In this document: positions 1-14,539 of the stretch, piece after piece
Numbering within the stretch: the first letter of the stretch is position 1
Layout: every line of letters starts with the position of its first letter
Origin: Rhynchobatus australiae
Lineage: Eukaryota
Direction of reading: 5' to 3'
Length of the DNA: 64,000 bases
NCBI GenBank assembly: GCA_034780895.1
Contig: JAUZTB010000083.1
Span: forward strand, 3,932,019 to 3,996,018
The notes under the pieces: generated by a model
What the model saw: only the letters and a program-made list of their open reading frames with translations
Databases searched by the model: none
Told to the model about the DNA's origin: nothing
Translations under genes and position numbers: made by a program

Positions 1-450
1 AGACCTGTATACAAATTTCCAGATGTGCTCTCACCAGGATCCCATATAATTGTAGTAAGAGATTTTTTACATCAGTACTGAAATACAATAAAGGCCAATG
101 TACCATTTGCTTAATTGCTTGCTGCATGTTAACTTTTGGTAATTCATGTGCTTGCATATGCAGGGCTCTCCTCCTGAACTAACAACTTTCAATCATTTTC
201 ATACTTGGCCTTTCAATTTTTCTACCAACGTGAATGATTATTTTATTGCACCATTTATATTCCTTCTGCATCGCCTGTTTGCTTAACCTGTGTTCACTTG
301 AAAGCTCTCTGCATCCTCCTAAGAACCTACATTGCCATTGTTTTGTATCACAAGCAAGCTTCAGTGTTGTACACTTGATCCCTCCTTTATGTCATTTAAT
401 ATAGAATGTGAACATTGGTACCCCAGCACCAATCCTTGTGAGATTCCATC
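1..450 (-). mobile_element. Degenerate CR1 LINE ORF2 fragment
   Basis: Reverse strand resembles the CR1 RT / post-RT region seen in better copies in this window. Confidence 0.55.
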
Positions 451-1939
451 ATCACACTACATGTTATGCACTAATTTTACAGCAGATCATCACTTTGTTT
501 TTCTTCTGTTGTGCTTTTCCATTATTTTTGTCTTTTCTTGCTGTCTGCTTGTTTGCTCACTGACCGCTTTCATTGGTATATGCTTGCTCAATCTCCTTCC
601 CTTCCACTTTGCCCTCTCTACTCTTTTGCTATCCATTCCTGCTGATAAACTTCAAGTAGAAAAATTAGTATGAGAAATGCAGTTTGATTGTGGAAAAGGC
701 TTGCCAGCAAATAACAGGAAAGAACTCATTAATGCAAATGTAATCTCTAGTTTTGTGGGTCTTGGATCTTTTTTATCTCCAAATATGAAATTCAATATCT
801 CTTCTACATAATATGTGGCATTTTAAAACACACTTGCTGAGGTCAAATTGGAATTTAAATAGAATTGCCTTTGTTTAGTCAGTACATTGGAGCATTAATT
901 CTTTTCTAACTGAGCTGTCGTTCTGGTGGAATATTGATGAGTTGTTGAAGACAGCATCCTTCAGTTGAAAAACTATATTAAATTAAGATCATGTCTGCCT
1001 AAACAGGTGGGTCATTTGGATGTTGCTTTATTTCTAAGAGCCTGTAATTNNNNNNNNNNNNNCAGTGTTTTTCACTAAATGGATATTAAGATTAACTGCT
1101 GCTGCTTGGCCTGATGTTTTTTTTTTGGCTTTATTATCCCTCTAATAAAACTAAATTAAAGGTACTCCATAAATGCAAGTTGCCACTGTTGACTATGGAA
1201 TCTTACTCTGCACATAATACTGCAAATGCTTTAAGAGATTGTGTGTCAATGCATTTAAACTGAGTTTTCTGGGCTTGCAATTCAATGACAGTAGTTCATT
1301 TCTACCAAGGCAGGACTTGAACCAGAATGCATTAACTGTGATTATTCAGCCTAGCACTAAAATAATTATTCTTAAAAGCTACTGGATGGAAATCCCAACT
1401 GGTATAATAATTTCCTTCCTGTTACAGAAAGTTTCAACCTGATCCAAATTATTTGAACAACCTTATTGTATTTTATTTCATAATAGGCTTCATTTCCCAT
1501 CATTCCCATCTTTCTCACCTAAACCCTCATTAAAATATCCTAACAATGTGAATTTATGATCCTGTGCCATGCCTTGGGATGATTTTCAATATTAAAGGCC
1601 CAATTTATAAAATATTCTCCTGTAATATTGCTTGTGGATTAAAGAGAGATGAAGGTTTTCTCACGTGAATGCAGAATTTTCTCATGTTTCTATTGGAAAT
1701 GCAAACCACTGTCTAAGCTATATTGTTCAGTCTCCATGATTTTATTATTTGCTACCATCACAGAAACATGCACCATGACCTTGTTCATTTGTTGTGTATC
1801 CTCATGAATCGTATTGCATTTTACCAGCTTCACTTTAATAACTGGAGCACTCAGTTCTATAAAACTCAATTTTATCTCCAATCACTTAGTGGAATGCCTG
1901 GTGGATTGAGGTGTTCTTTTTGGAAGCAATTAGTAATTT

Positions 1940-2830
1940 AAAAGCAGAAAATGCTGAAAATACTCGGGTTAGGTAGCATCTCTAAAGAGAAGGAGCAGAG
2001 TTAATGTTTCAGGTCAATGGCTTCTCATCAGAACTAGGTAGAAATCAATCATGCTTTAAGTTGCAAAGAAGTGGCCAGAACAAAGATGGTGTCTATGAAG
2101 TGGTAGAAATCAAGGTGCTCTTGTTGGCTGTAAGAAGGCTGGTTAATTGTATTAGATCTTCCTGCAAGAGGTGTAAGTAAATCGAGGTGATAGAGAGCAG
2201 AGGAGAGAGAAAGCAAAAGTACAATGTTGACACCGAGCAATACAAAACTGTAATTACTAGAAATCTGAAATAAATGGGATTGCTGGAAATGTTAGCAAGT
2301 AAAACAACATTTCTGGAGAGGAAAAGACTTAACGTTACAAGTGATTGACATTTTATTGGAATAACTCCAAATGGAAAGCTTGATTATCTGAAATTGTTGA
2401 ATTCATTGTTGTTCTGAGGACATTAATGTGCCTAGTCAGGCAGAGAGACGATGTGAGGTGCTTTTCCTCAAGATTGCTTTATAAGAACAATGCAAGAGGC
2501 AAGAGTCTGGTTATAGTGGTATGAAGAACTAGTGAATGGCAAATGGGAGCTCAGGGTTAACCTTGAGGACTGGGCAGAAGTGTTCTGCAAAATCGATAGC
2601 GAGAAGGGAAGAGCTTTAAGGAGCAGTCTCATTTGAATGCTGAAGGTGAGGGAAGTAGAAAATGTGTCCGGTGATAACATTAAATTATTAATGGCAAAAA
2701 TTTTGGAGGATGATCCATTACATGTAGAACCCAGTGGGGTGGTAAGTGAGGGAAACTGGATTCTTTTCTGTAAGATACAAAAGGATAAGGTCAGGAGTGT
2801 GTGGAGGACACCAGTAATGGGGGTTTGTAT
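1940..2830 (-). mobile_element. Old Penelope-like element 3' region with terminal repeats
   Basis: Terminal-repeat motifs at ~1940-2036 and ~2255-2360; reverse of ~2385-2475 gives a decayed LEEKHL..RLGTL..NEFNNFR* ORF end. Confidence 0.6.
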
Positions 2831-3632
2831 AGATGGTAAATGTATATTAAATGTTAATTACCAATCCAACAACAATTTAAAATATGCTTGTAGTCAAATC
2901 GTTCTGGGGCTATGCTCCTTTCTATCTCATTACTATCTCAAACATAATAATCCTCAGAATGCTACTTCCTCTAGTTTTGGCCTCGTGCGCCTACAACATC
3001 ACTCCATCAATGGCTTTGCCTTCAAATCTATGGGTCTTTGTCTGTGAAGGCTGTGAACCACCAAACAAATGGGTATCCGATTTGGTTGCAAATCTTGTCT
3101 GATAACACTTGTGAATCACACAGTTACACTTTACTATGCTAATACAGTGCCAAAATGAGCACACAAATATATTGTATCAAACTTCAATGTTCTTTTAGTA
3201 TCTGTGTCATCTAGAAGACTAGACTTGTCCCATGAAAACTCAACTTGATTGCTGATTAAATGTCAAGTGTTCTACTGTGTGCAAAGCCTTTGTTAGGGGA
3301 ATGGAACTTCGAGGAAGGACAGTGTTCAGAGACCTTTTTGATTTATTCACTTTTTGAGGTTTCAACGTTGAGAGCAAGGCCATTGTTTATTGCCTATATG
3401 TTACTTTTGAGAAAGCCGCACTTCATAAACCACTGCAGTCCTTCCTCATTTGAACTTGTATCCATCAAGGCAAATGGAGAATATTCCATGACACTCCTAA
3501 CTTGGGCCTTGTAGATGGTGAAAAACCATTTGGGTGTCAAGATACCCAATATCTGACCTGTTGTATGTAGCCAGATATCTATGTGAATTTCTGGTCATAG
3601 ATGACCTCTAGGATGTTGAGGTGGGGGAGGTG

Positions 3633-4305
3633 ATAGAACCATAGAACAATACAGGCCCTTCGGCCCACCATGTTGTGCCGTCCATCAAACCACNNNNNNN
3701 NNNNNNNNNNNNNNNNNNNNNNNNNNNNNNNNNNNNNNNNNNNNNNNNNNNNNNNNNNNNNNNNNNNNNNNNNNNNNNNNNNNNNNNNNNNNNACCTCCC
3801 TCTGACATCTCCCCTGAACTTCCCACCCATAACCTTAAAGCCATGCCCTCTTGTCTTGAGCATTGGTGCCGTGGGAAAGAGGCGCTGGCTGTCTACACTA
3901 TCTAATCCTCTCAACATTTTATACACCTCTATCATGTCTCCCCTCATCCTCCACCTCTCCAGTGAGTAAACCCCTAGCACCTTAAGCCTCTCCTCATATT
4001 CCATACCCTCTAATCCAGGCAGCATCCTGGTAAATCTCCATTTTTGGATTGAACTCCATCTGCCACTTGTCTGCCCAGCTCTGCATCCTATCACTATCCC
4101 TCTGTAAGCTCCGACAGCCCTCCACACTAATCACAACACCGCCGATCTTAGTGTCATCTGCAGACTTACTAACCCAGCCTTCCACCCCCTCATCTGAGTC
4201 ATCTATAAATATAACAAAAAGTAGAGGTCCCAGAACCAATCCCTGCAGATACCACTAGTCACAGCCCTCCAATCTGAGGGCACTCCCTCCACCACAACCC
4301 TCTGG
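3633..4305 (-). mobile_element. Young CR1 LINE 3' fragment, internally deleted
   Basis: ORFs [24 protein letters not shown] and [25 protein letters not shown]; tail ATAGAACCATAGAAC. Confidence 0.9.
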
Positions 4306-4759
4306 TCATACCTCTGGTCATGATGATGGTCATGCCCTTGAATGTCAAAGGTGGATAATTAGACCCTTCTGTTGAAGGGCTGTGTGGCACTTTGTGGCAT
4401 GAATATTACTTTCCACTAATCAGCCCATACCTGAATGCTTTCTAGGTCTCTCCGCATACAAGTGTCGGCCGCTTCACTTGCTGCAGAGCTCCAAGTGGGA
4501 TTGGATTTGGTGTAGAATTCTTCCATCTGTTAGGATGGATGGAAGATCATTGATGTGTGGGCCTTGGACACACCTCTGAGGAAACCTTTCTCTTGTGATG
4601 CTCTGAGATTAGTGGTTGTAGTCTGGGTTGACTGCTAATTTGAGAGAAGATTGAGACTTGTGGACTGGCATTAATGCTCTGAATTGAAAATGCATAAGGG
4701 TTTGTAGACCCTTTTATATAAACTTCCTTACTTTTTTTGCATAGGGGCATCGCTCACAA

Positions 4760-5590
4760 CCTCAATATTTATTACCTGTCCCTGTTTACTTTTGAGAAAG
4801 GGTGGTGGTGAGACATTTTTGAACACCTGCAATCCTTCTGATGAAGGCGCTTTCACAATACAATTCTGCTGGGAATTCCAGGAGTTAAACACTTGACGAC
4901 ATTAAAGGAATGATATTTTTCTCCAAGTCAGGGTGGTATGCAACTTGTATGAGAAGGTGCAGATGAAAGTGTTACTATATACATTCTGCCTTTGCTTTTG
5001 CTAATGGTAGAGTTTGCAGTTTTGGGAGGTGATGTTGCAATGACCTGGGTGAGTAACAGTTTTCATATTGTAAATGGTATATACTGCAGCCCATGGTGAA
5101 GGGGATGACTCTTTTGACTGGTAGCTGGGATGCCTATCAATTGGTTATCCCAGACATTGTCAAGCATCTCTTTGTCAAGCTGGCTGAACGCTGCAGATGA
5201 GAAGTTAAATCTCTCCAGGCAGAACCATCGCACTCTTGACTTGTGCCTTGTAAATGGTGGAAAGGATTTGGAGAGTCAATCGCTGCTTTGACCTGCTCTT
5301 ATGACCACAGCATGTGTGTGCTGAGTTGATTTTGTGTTTCTGATGAATGGTGACCTGCAGGATATTGGTGGGAGATGAGTAATGAGAGTTGATAGGTTGA
5401 CACTTTTTGGAGATGGTCATAGTCTAGATCTTTTGTAATGGAAATGCCATTTTTTACGGTTGCACAATTGCCAGAGAGTTGTATCACTCTTGTTGCATAC
5501 AATCTTGACTGCTTCATTTGCTGTGAGGCAGCGAATGGAATTGAATGTTGCACAATCTTCAGTAAACATCCTCACCTCAGACTATTAACA
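4760..5590 (-). mobile_element. Decayed copy of a second non-LTR LINE family (related pieces at ~3370-3630, 4320-4610, 13380-13810, 14300-14500, 15975-17240; + strand at ~38870-39410)
   Basis: Recurrent motifs such as CTTTTGAGAAAGGGTGGTGGTGAG and CACTCTTGACTTGTGCCTTGTA; QKLSTIYKAQVxS-like peptide. Confidence 0.6.
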
Positions 5591-6604
5591 CTTTTTCCTG
5601 GCTTTGACATGCTCTTTAAATATTTAAAAGGTGATTAGTTCACAGTCATGTGATCTTGAAATAGATTCTGCCATTGATTCAAGGTAAATGTTACACATTC
5701 CAAGCATGGAGTTGGAGGTCATCAAATCACTTCTAACTTTCAATAGTTTATTGTGCAGTACTGTATAAAGGAGTTAAAATAATCCAAATCTCAAGTTTGG
5801 TTTGGGAAGCCACAGTGATTTCTGGATTTTCTGCAGTTTCGAAGGGGTTGCAGTTCAACCTCTTGGCAAGTGTTAACATCAACTTCTTCACAGGCCTGCT
5901 TTGCATTTACTAGAAGATAGATTTATCCTCTTGACTTTGCTTGCATCTCAGAGCTAGTTTGGAAGTTAATCAGGTGGTGTAATGGAAATTGGTAAATAGC
6001 ATTGTTGACCTAAATAATGGCTAACCAATGCACTACTCAACTTTGGAGACTTTAATATAAGCAGGGGAAATGTCCTGAAGTTACGACTGCTCCGTTAATG
6101 TACTTAATTTATAGCACTTACTTTTGAAGATGGGAATAATTTAGTACAGAATGTTCTTATCACAAGACAGTGATGCTAAATGAAATGCCAATTGNNNNNN
6201 NNNNNGAGACTGGGTTGTAAAATATTTCTTGCTACCTCATATTAGTTTGAGCTTCTTAAGTTAACTTTGTGTTCATAACTCAAAATGGTTCTTCTTTGAG
6301 AGAAAATAAGCCACTTTTTTAAAAAAAAGCTACAAACCCCTACATTGAAGTATTCTTGTGGTTCAGTAGATTATGTAGGTCAGATATGGTTGCATTGCAG
6401 CAGAAATAAGGTAGAGAGAAGAGCACTGATTTCTGGAATGTGACTTTCAGAGAATGTCAGCCCCTTGACCAACAATGAAGACATAATATTTATTGTCTAT
6501 ATGTTATTTTCTCCATGTGTACATTTATTTATGTTTTTTTAAATATTAGGAAGAAGGAAGATATTCCCAAAAAACTATGCTGGCACTTCATTGTAGTCCT
6601 GATA

Positions 6605-8560
6605 GAATGTGACACTGTCACAGGTGCTGATCTTTGGATGAGAAGGCTGCAGGTGGATACAAATAGGTTTATGCAAGACATGATCCAGCTAATGGAGTTT
6701 AATATGGGGAAAAATGTAAGATAGTTCATTTCAGTTGAAAAAATGTGAAAGAACCTTCACATCTAAATGGTAACAGATTAATACCAAGGATCTGGGTGTC
6801 CTGGTGCATGGAATATAACAAGTGATTCGGAAAGCCAGCAATGTTTATTGCTAGGGGAATTGAATACACAAGTAAGAGGTTGTGCTTTAGTTATGTTGGG
6901 CATTGGTGAGACCACAACTGGAGTTCTTTATAAAGTATTAGTTTCCTTGAGGAAGGATGTAACTGCATTAGTTGCAGTTCAAAAGATTTACTTGACTAAA
7001 CTAGAATGGGTAACTTATCTTGTAAGGTTGGAATGGCTAGGCTTGTATGTGCTGGAGTTTAAAAGAGTGGAATTTGATTGAAGTACAAGACTGAGGTTTC
7101 CTCTCGTGGCATGTTTTGTATCTCTTGTGGTTGTCGCTGTTTATTAGCGTTGCCCATTTAAGATAAGGTTCCTTCAGGGTCATGAATCTTTCTAATTCTG
7201 CTGCCATCACTCTTGGAGGAAGAGAATTTTTGAATATTTTTGAGGTATATGTAGATAGTTTCTGAAGCGAGAGGTTACAATGGGTAGACAGAGAAATTAA
7301 AGATCCTGGCAGTTACAGACTAGTCAGTAACTTCAGAGTTGGGAAAATTAATGAAAGCCCTATAAAAGGAGAGAATAGTCAAGCATCTGGGGTGAAATGC
7401 ATAATGATGAATAATAAGCATGCATTTAAAAAGAGAGAATCTTGACTAACATTATTTTTTGAGGAAGTAACAGAAACGATGCAGTAAATACAAATTAGAT
7501 TTTTAAAGTATCTTCTTTAAGGAACCTGTAATGGACTAAGTAATTAGGTCAGAGTATAAAATCAACACAAAAAAAAGGATTGCTAGCTGGCTTCTGGACA
7601 AAGCAGCAAATGAGAGTGAAGGATAGCTATTTCTAGCTGAAAAAGGTGGGTAGTAGTGATTCACAAGGTGCTGGACCATGGCCGTTTACAACTTTATGGA
7701 TTAGATTTAGAAATTACAATTTCTAAATTCGCAGATGATATCAAATTGGGAGGGCTAGTTGCTACTGAGGAGGACTGCAACAAATTATAGGAGGACATTA
7801 TGAATGGGCAACAAATTGGAAAATTTGATATGTTTTAGTAGGAGCAAGAGAGGTTACAATGATTTATGTCTAGGTGTGATGGGGAAATAAGGAGATCTTA
7901 AAGTTACAAATACACCTATCACTAAAAGTTGTACCAAAGGTTAGCAAGGCCATAAAAAAACAAACCAGGCATTAAGTTTTATTTCTAAAGGGGTAGAATT
8001 GAAAAGTGGGGAAGTTGTGTAAACATGTTGAACCTTGCATATTTTCCTAGTTATTCATGAAAAGATTGAGTCCATTGAAGAGGCTGCAGAGAAGGTTTGC
8101 AAGGATGATACCAGAATTATGAGGGAATGCATGTCAGGAAAATGCTGAGGGATGTGTAATATTTTGAAATATTGAATTTCAGTAGAATGAATTCAGAGAA
8201 AATGCTCTCCCTTGTGAGGAAGAGCATAATTAGAGGCCGAGAAGGAATTTGGAAGATGCTATTTTACCCAAAGAATGTGGAACTTGGAACCAAGAGCATA
8301 ACAAGTACTCGGATAGGAAAGGTTTCGAAGAATATGGGTCGAACGTAGGCAAACAGTACTAGCTTAGATGGCCATCTTGGTCGGCATAGATGAGTTGTTG
8401 ACAAAAGTAGAATAGGTGCATTTTAATGGGAGATTGGAAAATCCTACAAGGAAGGGGGTGGAAGATTATCCAGGTGTACTTGGATGAGGAAAGGTGGGAG
8501 GAGTCTTGAGAGGAACAAAAACTGGCATGGACTGGTTCGACTGAATGGCCAGTTTCTGGG
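6605..8560 (+). mobile_element. Two or more adjacent decayed CR1 LINE fragments
   Basis: SKFADDIKLGG-like RT motif near 7720; RKDV.AL..VQK and CR1 3' tail remnants. Confidence 0.75.
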
Positions 8561-10280
8561 CCACTAATCCTATTATACTTCCCAGATTACTTAATTGTCC
8601 TCATTTTTTTTCCATCCTAGCTCAGGTCTTTGCCCTTATTTTCCTTAATCCAAGTGAATTGGAATTTCACTTTATTGGGCTCACATATTTGAGTTACGCC
8701 AGCACTTTACATTGCCTGTGGTTCTGTGGGGCACATCAGATTCCAAAGTTTGAAGCTCCATAGACTGGTTTTGCCAAAGCCATCCCAATGCGCACTGATG
8801 GTGTTTGTATATTAGAGTAGTAAGGAGAAGTTCTTTACCCTCAATTCTGAAGGTGTTTGAGGCATAAAATCTGCAGGAATTTTCAACAAAATTTTTGTTG
8901 TAATATGGACACTATTTTGGCTGTTCCACATAATTATATGGAATTAATTTGGCTCTTCTGCCCCAAATTGGGTTATATTTAATTCTTCTAATTGTTCCCC
9001 AGCAGTCAGTTTATAAAGTGTGTTTTGTGAATATATTTAAATGATACTGTAATGAGTCCTTTGTTTTGATAACAGCCTGGTATTAAGATTTGGTAACTCT
9101 CCAATCATCCTCAGAACAAGTATTACCTTCCTAATTGATGCTCAGTATGTTAGCAGTATTTTTAGTTTAACCCACTCTGAAATGTACCATGACCTAATTT
9201 AGAAATAATCTTCCACTTATAACCGATATATTTACACCAGGTTGTACAGAGACTGATGGAATGGAATTCTTCCAGAGAGTGAGGTGAAAGAAAGTGTAGT
9301 CAAGTTAGCTAGGAGCCATTGGCCTTGTGGAGGTTTTGGTCATTGAAAGGAATAGTATCAGATTTAGTAAAGTGCTTTTTTTCTATTTGTGGCGTAATTG
9401 CTATTTTAATATAGGAAATGCAAGAGACATATACAGCAAGATCCCACAAATAGCAACATTAATACAACCAGATAATCTATTAAAGAACAGTTCACCATGA
9501 TGAGCCTACCAGGTCGATCCTATTTATGAATTTTGGGAGAGGTGAAATGCAGGCTATGTGGGATTGACTAAACAGAGGTTGTGAGGGCATTAAGAACTTC
9601 AGAGGAGATGAGATTGCTGATATTCTGCTAAAATTTGGCTTACTGTTTGGCCATGGAGACAGAACTACTGTTCGACCTTCATTCACTAAGGATAATTCAC
9701 CCAACAAAAGCAGCACCTTTGGTATGTTTAGTCATAGGATGTATGTTCAGGAGGAAGTAGGTTAAGGTGAGGAAGTGAATTAAATGTTGCTTTGGTAGTT
9801 CCTAATGAAAAGATCTAGAGAGCATAAGAAGCCAAATGGGGGATCTAGATGAACTAAAATTTTTGAAAACAGGTTTGTGGTGTAAGAGATTTCTTTCCCA
9901 AAGAAATGGAAGAGGANNNNNNNNNNNNNNNNNNNNNNNNNNNNNNNNNNNNNNNNNNNNNNNNNNNNNNNNNNNNNNNNNNNNNNNNNNNNNNNNNNNN
10001 NNNNNNNNNNNNNNNNNNNNNNNNNNNNNNNNNNNNNNNNNNNNNNNNNNNNNNNNNNNNNNNNNNNNNNNNNNNNNNNNNNNNNNNNNNNNNNNNNNNN
10101 NNNNNNNNNNNNNNNNNNNNNNNNNNNNNNNNNNNNNNNNNNNNNNNNNNNNNNNNNNNNNNNNNNNNNNNNNNNNNNNNNNNNNNNNNNNNNNNNNNNN
10201 NNNNNNNNNNNNNNNNNNNNNNNNNNNNNNNNNNNNNNNNNNNNNNNNNNNNNNNNNNNNNNNNNNNNNNNNNNNNNNNN

Positions 10281-10870
10281 GTACACATATGCATGGGTGC
10301 AATGAAAAACTTACAGCAGCATCACATGCACAAAGTATCATGTAAGCAGAATTCACAAAAAATACATATATTAAACATGAATTATACACTATTTTTACAA
10401 AAGAGAATAGTTGGAACAAAAGCAACCAAGTCCATTTTAGTGCAAAGTGATCAAAGTGGTCATTGTGTTACTAAACTGTAGTGATTAAGGTTGAATGGTT
10501 GAAGGGAAGTAGCTGTTCTTGAATCTGGTGGTGTTGGACTTCGGGCTTCTGTGCGTCCTGGCCAATGGTAGCTGCGAGAAATGACATGGCGCAGATAGTG
10601 GGGATCTTTGGATGTTGCTTGCTTGAGGCAGTGCCTCCTGTAGATACTCTCGACAGCGGTACCCTCTGCAGCTGCTTGTGTTCCTGCATATTCGAATTGC
10701 CATACCAGACCATGATGCAACCGCCAGGATACTTTCAACAGTGCGTCTGAAGAAGTTTGTTAGCGTGTTCGGTGACAAGCTGAACCTCCTTAATCCTAAG
10801 AAAGTAAAGACGCTGGTGCACCTACCTTGTGATTGTGTGTACATACTGGGCCCAGGACAGGCCATCTGTT
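10281..10870 (-). mobile_element. Rex1/Babar LINE 3' fragment
   Basis: LRRFSLSPNTLTNFFRRTVESIL, VWYGN..QEHKQLQRV, TTRFKNSYFP. Confidence 0.85.
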
Positions 10871-12327
10871 TTGGTAGAAGCATGTAAAGGAAAATAGCAT
10901 GATGCTGAATAAGGTAAAATAAATTGTATCAAAGGAGAACTTCAAAATAGGATTTGCTGAAAGAGCTGTGTGAGTTGAATCAGAAATACCAAATACTGGA
11001 AATCAGAAATAAAAACAGAAAATACTAGNNNNNNNNNNNNNNNNNNNNNNNNNNNNNNNNNNNNNNNNNNNNNNNNNNNNNNNNNNNNNNNNNNNNNNNN
11101 NNNNNNNNNNNNNNNNNNNNNNNNNNNNAGATACTGGAAATCAGAAATAAAAACAGAAAATACTAGGAACGTTCAACTTGAGCATCACCTGTGGTGAAAG
11201 AAGCAGAGGTAATGTTTTGGGAGAATTACGTTTAATTATGAATGCTAAAAGATTGCAGATGTAACAGAGTTTAAGCAAATATAGAGGCAGGAGAGGAAAA
11301 CAAAATGATCTTTTGACTGGTGAGGTTAATGAAAATAGGCTTGGTATCACACTGAGAAAAAGGGTGTCTGTGGAATGATAAACAAAAGGTCCAGCGCTGT
11401 AAATGGGAATAGCAGCATTGGTAGCAACTGCTGACATTATAAAAGGAAAATTTTATTTTAATGTTTGCAACAAGGACAGAGCAGTTTTTAATATTTTTTA
11501 GATTGGAATGTTAGCTTACACAAGGCCCCCTTTCTTTTGTTCTCTTTTGTGCTTCCTATGCTCACAGCTACCAGGGAACTGTCTCCCCCCACCCCCAATT
11601 CCTGTTTACTTCTTGTGACTAGGGCTCCTTTGTACGGCATTCAATTGAATTCTGGCTTGAGTAATCGCTCTCGCTTGCCCTCTGGAATTCAGTTGTTTGA
11701 TTCATAAACCAAAAAGAGCTGCAATCAAAAGTGGCCAACAGTGTCAAAAACGTTTTAAAGTGGCCATCATCATGTGTTAAATGGAGGAGTAGGTTAATGG
11801 CCTTTTCATATAGAAATACTGGTTTAGATCCATACCCATATTAGTACCACAATGCTCTTGTTTAAAACGTGAAAACTCTGTTTTAAGAACTGAGATATTT
11901 GATTTCACTGCTCTTTCCTTCCACTATCATGACCTGCATCCTAGTGTTTTACCACTTAATGGTTTCTCTGGACTGTGTTTGAAGATTGAAACTTCAGGTT
12001 GAAGGCCATCGAGCTGAAACATTAAGTCTGTTTTACTCTCCACAGTGGTTTGCTGCCTGACCTGAGTATATCCTGGACTCCCTACCAGTAACTGAAAAAT
12101 TCAAAATGTATTTCTTGTGGTTTTTTTACTCCTTGAATGTTGGTGTTGAAAAGCACAGCATTGGTGGTGATGTTCTAAATCAGAATAATGTGCCTCTTGG
12201 AAGGGAACCTGAAGGTGGTGGTCTAGTGTTGGCTTTGAACTTCTTGGTGACATTTGGAAGGTGCTTAGTAGTCTAGGTGAGTAACTGCAGCACATTTGGT
12301 AGATGGCATGGTGTAACATTGGTAAAA

Positions 12328-13315
12328 TCATAGAACCATACAGTGTGGAAAAGGGCCAATTGGCCCAACTTGTTCACATTGACCAGGTATGTAGCCCTCC
12401 ATGCTAAAATGAGACAGTAGGCATTTAACTCCTGTCAGCAACCCAGCTTCAACCAGTGCATTCCAGGTACTCGCCACTCTCTGGGTGAAGAATGTCCCTC
12501 TCTTTCCCCCATGCCCTAAACCTATGCTCTCCAATTTTATTTACCTCTAATATGGAAAAATACTTGCTGTGTACCCTTCATAACTTTATATACCTTAATC
12601 ACTTCCCCTCTTGCCTCCTTTGTGCCAGGAAGAACATATCAAGCTTCTGCAGTCTCTTGATAACTGAAGTCCTCTATTCCAGGCAATTTCCTTGTGAATC
12701 TCCTCTGCATCCTCTCCAGTACTGTCCCATTCTTCCTATACCTTGGTAACCAGAACTGCATGCAGCACTCCAGCTGAGGTCTGACCAAGGTTTTATAAAG
12801 TTGCAGCACAACCTCTCTACTTCTGTATTGGATGACCCAATTAATGAAGGCCAGTATCCCCTGTGCTGCCTTATCCTCTTTGTCTACATGCATTGCCACC
12901 TTCAAGGAAGTACAGCTTGTACTCAGAGGTCCCTCTTGTACCTTAATAATCCTAACACCCTCCCATTCATGGTGTATGTCCCACCCCATTTGTGCTCCCA
13001 AATGCATCACCTCACCATTGTCTGGATTAGGTTCGATCTGCCATTTTTTTAGCCCATTTCACCAAAACATGGATATTTCTCTGCAGTCTGAGACTACCTG
13101 CCAGTCTTTGTGTCAACTGTAACCTTACTGATTATGCCTCCCACATCCGCGTCCAAGTCATTCATGTATATTACAAACAGCAAGGGTCCCAGCACCGATC
13201 CTTGTGGGATACCACTAGTTACAGGCATCCAATTGCAAAAACTACCCACTACCATCACCTTTTGCCTCCCTATTGTCAAGCCAATTATGGATCCAGTTTG
13301 CCAACTTGGCCATGA
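12328..13315 (-). mobile_element. CR1 LINE 3' fragment
   Basis: [24 protein letters not shown]; LYKTLVRPQLECCMQFWLP; ATCATAGAACCATAC tail. Confidence 0.9.
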
Positions 13316-13819
13316 CCGCTTGAACCAGTCTCCCAGGCGGGACCTTGTCAAAGACAATATACATCGCATCTTCTGCCCTGGTGGAGACATTGAATGGTTA
13401 GGGTGGTGAACAGTCTGCCAATTAAGGGGACTGCTTTGACCTAGGTGGTATTGGGCTTCAGTGTCATTGAAAGTTGTGCAGGTAAACATACAGCTTCTGT
13501 ATAAAAAAGGCTTTGTTTTGGTGTCAGGAGGTAAGTCATTCACCACAGGATTCTCAGGTTGTGATCTGCTCTTGTATACACAGTATTTATGTGGCTAGTC
13601 CAGTTGTGGTCAATGATGATTCCCAGGATGTTGAAGAACTTGGTAATGCTAGTGCTGTTAGACTGTCTTGTTGGAACTGGTTATCACGTAGTATTTTTGT
13701 AACAGCATTGCTGCTTATCAGCCATGTCTGAGTTTTGTTTAGGGATTGTTTCATTTGCTGAGGACTTGTGTAAGAAATTGAACATTATGCAATCATAGCA
13801 TTCTGAAATGGCATTAGAT

Positions 13820-14290
13820 AAGATATCTTTATTAGCCACATGCACATTGAAACACCCGGTGAAATGCATCTTTTTTTGCATAGTGTTCTGGGGACAGCCC
13901 ACAAGTGTCGCCATGCTTCCAACGCCAACAGAGCATGCCCACAACTTCCTAACCCGTACATCTTTGGAATGTGGGAGAAAACTAGAGCACCGGGNNNNNN
14001 NNNNNNNNNNNNNNNNNNNNNNNNNNNNNNNNNNNNNNNNNNNNNNNNNNNNNNNNNNNNNNNNNNNNNNNNNNNNNNNNNNNNNNNNNNNNNNGACAGC
14101 CCACAAGTGTCGCCATGCTTCCAACGCCAACATAGCATGCCCACAACTTCCTAACCCGTACATCTTTGGAATGTGGGAGAAAACTAGAGCACCGGGAGGA
14201 AACCCACACAGACATGGGGACAGCATACAAACTCCTTACAGACAGTGGCCAGAATTGAACCTGGGTCCTACAGCTGGAGCTGAACAACCC
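13820..14290 (-). mobile_element. tRNA-derived V-SINE / HE1-type SINE
   Basis: Reverse strand carries V-domain core GTGGGTTTCCTCCCGGTGCTCTAGTTTTCTCCCACATTCCAAAGA; partly duplicated across a 100-N gap. Confidence 0.8.
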
Positions 14291-14539
14291 AGCCCTGAGA
14301 AACTCCTGTGCTGATATCCTGTGGCTGAGATGATTGACCTCTGACAACCACAGTCATTTCCTTTCAGCAAGATATCACTCTAGCCACAGCAATCTTTTCC
14401 CCTTGATGCACTTTGACTTCAATTTTACCAGAGCAACTGGATGCCCACTTGGTCAAATATTGCATTAATCATTACAGGGAGTCACTCTCTCATCAGCTCT
14501 GATTCATATTTGATCCAAAGCTGCAATAAGGTGCAAAGG

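Noticed and set aside
332-673. 113-aa hydrophobic ORF resembling a membrane protein
   Set aside because: Antisense CR1 remnant plus a T-rich tract; no splice or homology support
9780-10481. Long ORFs of 146-207 aa (also at 50.2-50.6 kb and 51.4-51.7 kb)
   Set aside because: They are long only because they read through N-runs
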